A stretch of 24,000 nt of DNA from Mannheimia pernigra (GTDB taxonomy: Bacteria; Pseudomonadota; Gammaproteobacteria; Enterobacterales; Pasteurellaceae), in assembly GCF_013377995.1 (NCBI RefSeq), contig NZ_CP055305.1, forward strand, positions 983,394 to 1,007,393, written 5' to 3'. The number at the start of each line of letters is the position of its first letter. The stretch's first letter is position 1. A program made the position numbers and the translations under genes. Under the pieces are notes generated by a model. The model did not search any database and was not told the DNA's origin. It worked only from the letters and a program-made list of their open reading frames with translations. Below are positions 8,015 to 15,270 of this stretch, piece by piece.

Positions 8015-9217
8015 ATGAATAAATCAATTATTATTATACTGCTGATCACCGTATTAGATGCCATTGGTATCGGGCTTATCATGCCAGTACTCCCTACTCT
8101 ATTAAATGAATTTGTCAGTGAAAATTCACTGGCAACCCATTACGGTGTGCTATTAGCGCTCTATGCTACCATGCAGGTTATTTTTGCTCCTATTCTAGGA
8201 CGACTGTCTGATAAATACGGCAGAAAACCCATCTTGCTGTTTTCCCTTTTAGGCGCGGCACTCGACTATCTTTTAATGGCATTCTCAACCACACTTTGGA
8301 TGCTCTATATTGGGCGCATCATTGCGGGGATCACAGGCGCAACAGGTGCCGTATGTGCATCAGCGATGAGTGATGTGACTCCCGCTAAAAATCGAACTCG
8401 CTATTTTGGTTTCTTAGGTGGTGCTTTTGGTGTTGGCCTTATTATCGGCCCAATGCTAGGGGGATTATTAGGTGATATCAGTGCTCATATGCCATTTATT
8501 TTTGCCGCTATTTCACACTCGATATTATTAATACTCTCTTTGCTCTTTTTCCGAGAAACACAAAAAAGAGAAGCGCTTGTTGCCAATAGGACACCTGAAA
8601 ACCAAACTGCCTCAAATACAGTCACTGTTTTTTTTAAGAAAAGCCTCTACTTTTGGTTAGCAACCTATTTTATTATCCAGCTTATCGGGCAAATTCCTGC
8701 CACCATCTGGGTGCTGTTTACACAATATCGTTTTGATTGGAACACAACTTCTATCGGTATGTCTTTGGCGGTTCTGGGTGTATTACATATTTTCTTTCAG
8801 GCGATTGTCGCTGGGAAATTGGCACAAAAATGGGGCGAAAAAACCACCATTATGATCAGTATGTCTATTGATATGATGGGCTGTTTATTATTAGCGTGGA
8901 TAGGCCACGTTTGGGTCATCTTACCAGCATTAATTTGCTTAGCGGCAGGAGGTATGGGGCAACCCGCATTACAAGGTTATTTATCAAAATCTGTCGATGA
9001 TAATGCGCAAGGGAAATTACAAGGTACTCTGGTGAGCCTAACCAATATTACCGGGATCATTGGTCCCCTTTTATTTGCCTTTATTTATAGTTATAGCGTC
9101 GCTTATTGGGATGGTCTGTTATGGCTGATGGGGGCAATACTTTATGCTATGTTGCTTATTACCGCTTATTTTCACCAAAGAAAAACCACACCTAAAGCTG
9201 TTATTTCAACCCCTTAA
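8015..9217 (+). CDS. tet(H): Tetracycline efflux MFS transporter (12-TMS), class H-like
   Basis: 400 aa. N-terminus MNKSIIIILLITVLDAIGIGLIMPVLPTLLNEF and motif GRLSDKYGRKPIL. Lengths of 400 aa (TetA) and 207 aa (TetR) fit class H as I recall it. The class call needs an alignment. Confidence 0.8.
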   Translation: MNKSIIIILLITVLDAIGIGLIMPVLPTLLNEFVSENSLATHYGVLLALYATMQVIFAPILGRLSDKYGRKPILLFSLLGAALDYLLMAFSTTLWMLYIGRIIAGITGATGAVCASAMSDVTPAKNRTRYFGFLGGAFGVGLIIGPMLGGLLGDISAHMPFIFAAISHSILLILSLLFFRETQKREALVANRTPENQTASNTVTVFFKKSLYFWLATYFIIQLIGQIPATIWVLFTQYRFDWNTTSIGMSLAVLGVLHIFFQAIVAGKLAQKWGEKTTIMISMSIDMMGCLLLAWIGHVWVILPALICLAAGGMGQPALQGYLSKSVDDNAQGKLQGTLVSLTNITGIIGPLLFAFIYSYSVAYWDGLLWLMGAILYAMLLITAYFHQRKTTPKAVISTP

Positions 9218-9240
9218 TACTAGAAATTATAAAGATCATA

Positions 9241-9286
9241 AAAGTCCTGTCCGCTCTTAATAACGTTGATAGGACTTTATTTTTAT
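9241..9286 (+). terminator. Hairpin plus T-run downstream of tet(H)
   Basis: AAAGTCCT (9241-9248) pairs with AGGACTTT (9271-9278) and is followed by ATTTTTAT. The 22-nt loop is large. Confidence 0.4.
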
Positions 9287-9319
9287 CGCTTGAATTTTCC
9301 CCCAAGCGGTGTTTTTTTT
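9287..9319 (+). terminator. Truncated copy of the island-type terminator (CGCTTG-N10-CAAGCG followed by GTG and eight T residues)
   Basis: The right arm CAAGCGGTGTTTTTTTT matches the island terminator family. The left arm lacks the AACAC part seen at 11411-11422. This marks the right edge of the tet module. Confidence 0.5.
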
Positions 9320-9650
9320 AATGCCCACCCATTTTGGACAGCGTATTCATCATTATCACACCTGCCAAAATCAAGCCAATGCTCGCAATTCCCCAAAAAT
9401 CGACCTTTTCGCCAAACACCACCACGCCCACAATCGCCGTCAAAACCAAGCCCACGCCAGACCAAATCGCATACGCCATTCCCAAAGGAATGCTTTTTAA
9501 CGCCAATGACAGCAAATAAAACGCCAAGCCAAAACCCAGCACAAAACCAATACTCGGCAAAGGCTTACTAAACCCTTGTGATAATTTTAGCATCGTAGAG
9601 CCAAATACTTCGCAAACAATGGCAATCGCCAAAAAAACAGACCAATGCAT
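9318..9650 (-). CDS. Small multidrug resistance (SMR, EmrE/SugE-like) efflux protein
   Basis: 110 aa with four TM helices. The conserved membrane-embedded Glu is at position 14 (AIAIVCEVFGSTMLK). The ATG at 9650 is preceded by GGAG; the ORF-track start at 9662 is a TTG. Confidence 0.8.
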   Translation of the reverse strand: MHWSVFLAIAIVCEVFGSTMLKLSQGFSKPLPSIGFVLGFGLAFYLLSLALKSIPLGMAYAIWSGVGLVLTAIVGVVVFGEKVDFWGIASIGLILAGVIMMNTLSKMGGH

Positions 9651-9678
9651 AAAAATCTCCAAAATAAAAAGTTAAAAA

Positions 9679-10122
9679 TTAATTTTCCAAACGCTGTGCC
9701 AGCATTTTTTGCAACGCATTCATTTCATTGAGCAAAAATACAAGTCGTTCAATGCCAAATTCATCAATCACTTGCCCTTCCTGCCTTAATAAAGGGGCGA
9801 TAATCGGGCGGGCAAACGCTTTGCCTTTATCGGTCAAAGAAATGACTTTTTCTCGTTTGTTATTTTCTTTGACATCGCTTGCGATGAAACCGTCCGTTTC
9901 AAGGCGTTTGCACAAGCTGTTAATGGTTTGTTTGGCAAGATGATATTTGTCGGCAATGTATTTTTGCGTGGCTTGTTCTTGCGTCCAGAGTGTATAAAAT
10001 ATGGCAAGTTCATTGGCGTTCATCTGATGATTTTTGGCAAAAACTGCATAACTTAAATTGACCTGCGTGCAAACATCGCCAATTTGTTCCAACAGATTGG
10101 GGGAATGGTTAAAAGTTGTCAT
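9679..10122 (-). CDS. MarR-family transcriptional regulator
   Basis: 147 aa with a winged-helix region (QKYIADKYHLAKQTINSLCKRLETDGFI). It lies 28 nt upstream of, and co-oriented with, the SMR gene. Confidence 0.75.
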   Translation of the reverse strand: MTTFNHSPNLLEQIGDVCTQVNLSYAVFAKNHQMNANELAIFYTLWTQEQATQKYIADKYHLAKQTINSLCKRLETDGFIASDVKENNKREKVISLTDKGKAFARPIIAPLLRQEGQVIDEFGIERLVFLLNEMNALQKMLAQRLEN

Positions 10123-10133
10123 AAAAATAGTCC

Positions 10134-10181
10134 GAAAATTGACCTTGAAACTATTATAGTCAATTTTCAGACTGTATGCAA
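10134..10181 (-). promoter_or_regulatory. Putative marR-SMR promoter (TTGCAT-N17-TATAAT) overlapped by a perfect 10-bp inverted repeat
   Basis: Minus strand: -35 TTGCAT (10181-10176) and -10 TATAAT (10158-10153). The inverted repeat is GAAAATTGAC (10134-10143) and GTCAATTTTC (10159-10168) with a 15-bp spacer. Confidence 0.5.
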
Positions 10182-10201
10182 GTTTTTTTTGTAAAGAAAT
10201 G

Positions 10202-10246
10202 TTATTTTCAGGCTGTCTGAAAGTTTTTAAAATAAAAACACCGCTT
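10202..10246. repeat. 45-bp composite intergenic element, copy B: TTTCAGGCTGTCTGAAA plus the AAAAACACCGCT arm
   Basis: 43/45 identical to 5672-5716. The hairpin ACACCG...CGGTGT (to about 10270) with flanking A/T runs acts as the terminator of the CDF gene on the minus strand. Confidence 0.85.
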
Positions 10247-10273
10247 GAACATCAATCCAAACGGTGTTTTAAA

Positions 10274-10888
10274 TCAACTGACTTTTAATTCCGCCCAAGC
10301 CCTTTTGATGATTTCTTGACTGGCTTGTAATGCCAAAAATGCCAAAACAAACGCCACAATTAAATCAGGATATTTTGATTGAAAAAAATAAACTGCCATA
10401 CCCGCCAAAATTACCGCCACATTACCAATCGCATCGTTTCGGGAACACACCCACACACTGCGGACATTGCTGTCGCCATCACGAAATTTTAATAATATCA
10501 ACACTGCCGACACATTGACCAATAACGCCAAAAATCCCACAATGCTCATTTCAGAAGAACTGGGCATTTCCCCATAAAACACACGATAAATGGTCGTCAT
10601 TAAAATAAATAAACCAAAACCGCCCATCGTTAGCCCCTTAACCATAGATGCTTTGGCTCGGTAACTTAACGCCATTGGCAAAACAATCAAACTTATCAAA
10701 TAATTGGCACTGTCGCCCAAGAAATCCAAACTGTCCGACAACAGCGAAGTTGAACCCGATTTAACCCCCATCACAATTTCCACAAAAAACATTGATAAAT
10801 TTAATATCAAGACAATCCACAAGGCTTTTTTGTACTTGGGCGATTGATGAATGGGCTGATTTGAAGTGCAACAATTTTGGCACGCCAT
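10274..10888 (-). CDS. Short cation diffusion facilitator (CDF) metal efflux protein; transmembrane domain only
   Basis: 204 aa with six predicted TM helices. The TM2 motif DFLGD and TM5 motif CSRNDAIGN align to the CDF (H/D)xxxD motifs. N-terminal MACQNCC. RBS GGAG lies 6 nt upstream of the ATG. Confidence 0.7.
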   Translation of the reverse strand: MACQNCCTSNQPIHQSPKYKKALWIVLILNLSMFFVEIVMGVKSGSTSLLSDSLDFLGDSANYLISLIVLPMALSYRAKASMVKGLTMGGFGLFILMTTIYRVFYGEMPSSSEMSIVGFLALLVNVSAVLILLKFRDGDSNVRSVWVCSRNDAIGNVAVILAGMAVYFFQSKYPDLIVAFVLAFLALQASQEIIKRAWAELKVS

Positions 10889-10921
10889 TTTTTGCTCCTG
10901 TTTTAAGATGAAATTTGCTAC

Positions 10922-10952
10922 ACTATAAACTCCGTAGTCATTACAGGGTCAA
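10922..10952 (-). promoter_or_regulatory. MerR-type metal-responsive promoter of the CDF gene: TTGACC-N19-TATAGT with an imperfect dyad in the spacer
   Basis: Minus strand: -35 TTGACC (10952-10947), a 19-nt spacer, and -10 TATAGT (10927-10922). The dyad ACTCCGTAGTCATTACAGGGT (10929-10949) resembles CadR/ZntR operators as I recall them. Confidence 0.7.
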
Positions 10953-10958
10953 GCCAAA

Positions 10959-11357
10959 ATGTCAAAATTTTTTAAAATAAAACAAGCCAGTGAACAAACA
11001 GGCGTGCATTTGGAAACCATTCGTTATTATGAAAAACAAGGCTTAATCGCCCCCACACATCAACAAAATGGCTATCGTGTGTTTGACGAACAAACCCTTG
11101 CTCAATTACGCTTTATTAAAGCCTGTCGCAATATCGGTTTTTCTTTAAATGACATCAAAACGCTGTTGCAATTACAACAAACGCCTAACAAACAATGCAA
11201 TGAAATCAATGCACTTGCCGAACAACATTTGGCATATTTGGACGAACAAATTAAAGAATTACAACAAGTTAAAACTTTTTTAATGCAATTTGTGGGTTGT
11301 GAAAATAAAACGGTTGATAAGTGTCAGATTATTCAAGGTATTAAAGAAAAAGAATAG
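10959..11357 (+). CDS. MerR-family heavy-metal-responsive regulator (CadR/ZntR-like)
   Basis: 132 aa. HTH IKQASEQTGVHLETIRYYEKQGLI. Cys80, Cys114 and Cys122 sit at positions analogous to the metal-binding Cys of MerR, CadR and ZntR. The gene is divergent from the CDF gene. Confidence 0.8.
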   Translation: MSKFFKIKQASEQTGVHLETIRYYEKQGLIAPTHQQNGYRVFDEQTLAQLRFIKACRNIGFSLNDIKTLLQLQQTPNKQCNEINALAEQHLAYLDEQIKELQQVKTFLMQFVGCENKTVDKCQIIQGIKEKE

Positions 11358-11367
11358 CGGAATATTT

Positions 11368-11382
11368 TTCAGGCTGCCTGAA
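11368..11382. repeat. DUS-like near-palindrome TTCAGGCTGCCTGAA
   Basis: The plus strand carries AGGCTGCCTGAA (11371-11382). The minus strand carries AGGCAGCCTGAA (complement of 11368-11379). It is intergenic, 11 nt after the merR-like stop. Confidence 0.7.
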
Positions 11383-11410
11383 AGTTTATTTTTCAAAATT
11401 CCAATCAAAA

Positions 11411-11442
11411 AAACACCGCTTGCCTTTCCCCAAGCGGTGTTT
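11411..11442. terminator. Bidirectional rho-independent terminator between the convergent merR-like gene and the LLM remnant
   Basis: AAACACCGCTTG (11411-11422) pairs with CAAGCGGTGTTT (11431-11442): a 12-bp perfect stem with an 8-nt loop, an A-run before and a T-run after. Confidence 0.8.
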
Positions 11443-11451
11443 CCCTTTCCC

Positions 11452-11751
11452 TTAACCTTTCAACCCATACTGATACGGCACGCCCAAATGCTCCCTTAGT
11501 GTATCGCCTTCATAATCGGTATGATAAATCCCACGCTCCTGCAAAATCGGCACGACTTTTTCCACAAATTCACGCACGCCCATTTGACTGTCAGGGGCAA
11601 GTGAAAAACCGTCTTGGGTTTTGATTGTTTGCACAAGCGATTTTGATAGACTGACCTTAACAAGCGGTTTTGGCGTTTTGGCAACTGCCACAGAACCAAA
11701 AGACAAAGACAATGCCAAGGCAATGGCGGTTGATTTTAATAAGGTTTTCAT
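11452..11751 (-). pseudogene. 99-codon chimeric ORF: Sec-type signal peptide fused to the C-terminal tail of an NtaA/DszA-type LLM flavin monooxygenase (probable gene remnant)
   Basis: DGFSLAPD...FVEKVVPILQERGIYHTDYEGDTLREHLGV resembles the conserved LLM C-terminus (..DGF....FVD.VVPELQRRGLFRTEYEG.TLRE.LGL). These enzymes are about 440 aa and cytoplasmic, yet the N-terminus MKTLLKSTAIALALSLSFGSVAVA is a signal peptide. Confidence 0.5.
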
Positions 11752-11835
11752 AAACTTCTCTTGTTTGATTGGAATGGGGATATTATAAAATTTAAAAATT
11801 GGTAAGGGAATGGCGGTTTTTGGAAAGGTGGTTTT
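11749..11835. repeat. 87-bp direct repeat, copy 2 (partner at 5571-5657). It covers the start codon and upstream region of the LLM-remnant ORF, within the intergenic region shared with the divergent LysR gene.
   Basis: Same alignment as copy 1; the core ...tggtaagggaatggcggtttttggaaaggtggtttt is identical. Confidence 0.85.
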
Positions 11836-11897
11836 TAAAAATGAAAATGTAAATTAAAACCTGCTAAAATAACCCAAATGTTTAAACAGTCAAACCA

Positions 11898-12767
11898 ATG
11901 AATCTCAACACCCTACATCTATTTGTTGCCATTGTCCAAACAGGCTCGCTTTCCAAAGCGTCCGAACGCACAGGCGTACCGATTGCCACCATCAGCCGTC
12001 AAATCAGTGAGCTTGAAAAATCCTTGCAAATTCAACTGTTTGACCGCCAAAAATCAGGCGTTAAGCCCACAATGGCAGGGCAAAAACTCTATGACGAAGT
12101 GCATTTGTCTATTGACAATTTATTAAATGCCAAACAAGTGCTTCTTGACGATGAGAAAAATTTAAAAGGCGTGTTACGCATTTCAGCACCGCCTGCTTTT
12201 GAGCCTTCGCTTTGGTGGATTGGCAAATTTCAACAGCAATTTGCCCACATTCACATTCATTGTACGCTGACCGAACGCTATTTGGATTTGGCAAATGACG
12301 GTATTGATGTGGCGTTTCGCATTGGCGACTTGCACGGCGATGATTTTATTGCCAAAAAAGTATTGACGCTTGGCACCAAATGGGTGGCAAGTCCTGATTT
12401 ATTGGCACGACTTGGCACACCAAAAACCATATCCGATTTGGCAAATTATCCCATTGCCAGTTGGGCAAAAAATGGCGAAAGCGAAATGGTCATTCAAATG
12501 AACAAAGAAAAAATTGCCTTGCCGATAGCATTTGCCAGCAATGACAGCTATGCGGTGGAATATATGATTTTGCAAGGCTTATATATTGGACAAATGTCTG
12601 CTGTTACCGCTGATAAATGGATAGCCAAAAAGCGTTTGGTGGAGATTTTGCCCCAATTTGATGCCCCTACTTTTGAAGTGTTTATGTTATACGCTGCTCA
12701 TCGTTATCGCTCTGCCATTGTCAAAGCCTTTGTGGAATTTGTATTGGATGAAATTCAGACTGACTGA
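11898..12767 (+). CDS. LysR-family transcriptional regulator
   Basis: 289 aa. N-terminal HTH LHLFVAIVQTGSLSKASERTGVPIATISRQISELEKSL and a C-terminal substrate-binding domain. It is divergent from the LLM remnant. Confidence 0.85.
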   Translation: MNLNTLHLFVAIVQTGSLSKASERTGVPIATISRQISELEKSLQIQLFDRQKSGVKPTMAGQKLYDEVHLSIDNLLNAKQVLLDDEKNLKGVLRISAPPAFEPSLWWIGKFQQQFAHIHIHCTLTERYLDLANDGIDVAFRIGDLHGDDFIAKKVLTLGTKWVASPDLLARLGTPKTISDLANYPIASWAKNGESEMVIQMNKEKIALPIAFASNDSYAVEYMILQGLYIGQMSAVTADKWIAKKRLVEILPQFDAPTFEVFMLYAAHRYRSAIVKAFVEFVLDEIQTD

Positions 12768-12839
12768 ACATAAAATACCATCCAAATGAAAGTTTGGGCG
12801 GTATTTATTTTTTAAAGCAACCCATCATCAAAATAGGCA

Positions 12840-14399
12840 TTAATGCGTATCTAAAATATCCACATCGTCTTTGTCTGATTTGCCAAAATTATCCACCAGC
12901 GTTTTGCTGGCTTCGTTTAAGCCAAAAACTTGCACGCTTGCCCCTTGTTTTTTGTAGCGTGTTACCACTTTATCCAAGGCACTGACCGCCGAAATGTCCC
13001 AAAAATGGGCGAGACTGACATCAATGCTCACGGTTTTGACGGTTTTTTTATCAAAATCAAAACTGGCGATAAAATCATCGGTTGATGCAAAAAACACCTG
13101 CCCTGTTACCCCATACGCCAAATCGCTCTCATCTGCGGTAGGCAAATTTAGCACCTTCATGTAACGCCCAATTTTATTGGCAAAAAACAACGCCGACAAC
13201 AACACCCCAAAAAACACCCCCAAAGCCAAATTATGACTGTACACCACAATAGCAACGGTGGTTATCATCACCACATTAAAGCCCAAAGGGTGCGTTTTTA
13301 GCTCTTTGATGGACTGCCATTTAAAGGTGCTAAGAGCCACCATAATCATAATGGCAACTAGTGCAGGCATTGGAATAATTTTAATCCAATCACCCAAAAA
13401 CACCACCAAAATCAACAAAAATATGCCTGCCATCAGCGTAGAAAGTCGGGTGCGTCCGCCAGATTTGATGTTAATTACCGATTGCCCAATCATCGCACAG
13501 CCTGCCATACCGCCAAACAGACCGCTGACAATGTTGGCGATGCCTTGCCCTTGGCATTCTTGGTTTTTGTTACTGTCGCTTTCGGTCATTTCATCAAGCA
13601 AATTGGCGGTCAATAACGATTCTAACAATCCCACCGCTGCAAGGCTCAATGAATAGGGCAAAATAATCCACAAAGTGTTCAAATTAAACGGCACATTCGG
13701 CAACAAAAACGCAGGCAAGCTGTCTGGCAACTGCCCCATATCGCCCACCGTGCGAACATCAAAGCCAAGCCCTACCGCCACTAAAGTAACCAGCACCACC
13801 GTTGCCAATGGCGACGGTATTAATTTGCCAATTTTGGGTAAATAACCAAAACCATACACCACTAACAACCCCAAGGCGGTTAAGGCGTAAGTTTGCCACG
13901 ACACGCCTGCTAAATTGGGGTTTAATTCGGGCAACTGTGCCAAAAAAATCAAAATCGCTAAAGCATTGATAAAACCAATCATCACCGCCTGCGAGATAAA
14001 CCGCATCAAACTGCCTAGTTTCATCCAGCCTGCTACAATCTGAATCATGCCTGTTAAAAGTGTAGCGGCAAGCATATAGTCCACACCGTGATTTTTAACC
14101 AGACTTGCCAGCACTAATGCCATTGCCCCTGTAGCGGCACTAATCATCGCAGGGCGACCGCCAAAAAAGGCAATCACAATGGCAATGCAAAAAGACGCAT
14201 ACAAGCCCACCTGTGGCGAAACCCCTGCAATGATAGAAAAAGCAATAGCTTCTGGAATCAACGCCAACGCCACCGAAAGTCCTGATAAAATATCTGCTCT
14301 AGGATTGGCAAGCCAGTTTTGCGAGAAATGTTTAATAGAAAAAGCAGAAAATGCTGTCAAAATAGATGTCCAAATTGTCAAAAAAATCGATTGTAACAC
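12840..14399 (-). CDS. SulP-family anion (sulfate/bicarbonate-type) permease with a C-terminal STAS domain
   Basis: 519 aa. [25 protein letters not shown] is the SulP signature region, and the C-terminal ~120 aa are STAS-like. The start is a GTG at 14399 without an obvious SD, so the start is uncertain. Confidence 0.8.
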   Translation of the reverse strand: MLQSIFLTIWTSILTAFSAFSIKHFSQNWLANPRADILSGLSVALALIPEAIAFSIIAGVSPQVGLYASFCIAIVIAFFGGRPAMISAATGAMALVLASLVKNHGVDYMLAATLLTGMIQIVAGWMKLGSLMRFISQAVMIGFINALAILIFLAQLPELNPNLAGVSWQTYALTALGLLVVYGFGYLPKIGKLIPSPLATVVLVTLVAVGLGFDVRTVGDMGQLPDSLPAFLLPNVPFNLNTLWIILPYSLSLAAVGLLESLLTANLLDEMTESDSNKNQECQGQGIANIVSGLFGGMAGCAMIGQSVINIKSGGRTRLSTLMAGIFLLILVVFLGDWIKIIPMPALVAIMIMVALSTFKWQSIKELKTHPLGFNVVMITTVAIVVYSHNLALGVFFGVLLSALFFANKIGRYMKVLNLPTADESDLAYGVTGQVFFASTDDFIASFDFDKKTVKTVSIDVSLAHFWDISAVSALDKVVTRYKKQGASVQVFGLNEASKTLVDNFGKSDKDDVDILDTH

Positions 14400-14460
14400 A
14401 GCTTTTGGTTTGATTTAAATGATAAAAAACACCACTTACCTTTTTGCAAATGATGTTTTA

Positions 14461-15224
14461 AATCGTCATTATTTTACTTCAAAATATGCTATTTTATCGC
14501 GATAAAAAGAGTTTAAATAAGTCATACCTCGATGCAATACGGTAGAGACGTCACTCAAATCTTACGTATATTTGCCTTAAGTAAACGGGTGTTGCTGCCA
14601 AATTGTCGGGGTTGATGGTGGTGATGTGATAATTTGTCTTAACAGCTTGTCATCCGCCCAGTGCAAACTTTCAAATACGCCATAGCAAATAGCAATGTGG
14701 TTTGCTTAGTCAAGTGATGGCCAGCGTGGCAGCATTGGCATTCACTTCAAAAAATCTCAATGGTTACACGGATGATTTTTTTCAAAGACATTGTGATTGA
14801 CCGTATAAAGTAGCGATTTTCTCCCGCCAATCACACTAATGCTAATGGCGTGAATTTGTATTTTGTCAGCATGTGGCGGTGTCAGATGTGCTTGTGGTAA
14901 ACGTATTCCAGACCATACTCCCTTTGGATAAGTTGTTTAGTGTTTTTAATTGGCGAGCCAAATTATAAGGTTAGTTGTAAGTGGTTAGAAATTACACTTT
15001 TGTCATTAATGATGTGTATATCATTGAAAAATACGGTAAAAATGAACGAGGTATTGGAGTGGCTTTCGTGCTTTCACACTCAATGGAACATTGTTTGATT
15101 GGTGAATATGGCTTGGTAGAGGAGGCACGTCTAATTTAGACGTGGTTTGCTGTCTATTAAGGATCGCGAACAATCGGTATTTATGTGGGAGTTTTTGGAT
15201 TTTATGAATAGTAAATTACTTTAA
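14461..15224. other. Tract of about 770 bp with no ORF of 60 aa or more; all six frames are stop-rich. Probably decayed coding sequence or junction debris.
   Basis: The ORF track lists nothing here. My hand translation of both strands gives only fragments of 20-57 codons and no motif I recognise. Confidence 0.5.
15126..15144. repeat. Perfect 19-bp palindrome CACGTCTAA-T-TTAGACGTG
   Basis: Read directly: 9-bp arms around a single central base. Confidence 0.9.
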
Positions 15225-15254
15225 GCAAAAAATAAGGTGGGATAAGCCCACCTT
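15225..15254 (-). terminator. Rho-independent terminator of degQ
   Basis: AAGGTGGG (15234-15241) pairs with CCCACCTT (15247-15254) around a 5-nt loop. The minus strand then reads ATTTTTTGC. It lies 17 nt after the degQ stop. Confidence 0.8.
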
Positions 15255-15270
15255 ATAAGTTCACTATGAT

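Noticed and set aside
9266-9571. Plus-strand ORFs (9266-9571, 9309-9500, 9334-9519) and the minus-strand ORF 9283-9465 over the SMR gene.
   Set aside because: They overlap the SMR CDS in alternative frames or on the opposite strand. Their translations are Pro/Gln/Ser-rich low-complexity sequence, and the SMR reading has the conserved Glu14 and four TM helices.
13258-13656. A 132-aa plus-strand ORF inside the SulP gene. Similar antisense ORFs occur at 14179-14418, 15722-16006, 17904-18290 and 20894-21268.
   Set aside because: They lie antisense to strongly supported CDSs (SulP, degQ, mlaE, murA) and have no independent support.
14981-15139. A 52-codon plus-strand ORF (VVRNYTFVINDVYIIEKYGKNERGIGVAFVLSHSMEHCLIGEYGLVEEARLI) as a small gene, for example a toxin-antitoxin component.
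   Set aside because: It has no ATG start (only a possible GTG), no RBS and no motif I recognise. It is kept only as part of the ORF-poor-tract finding.
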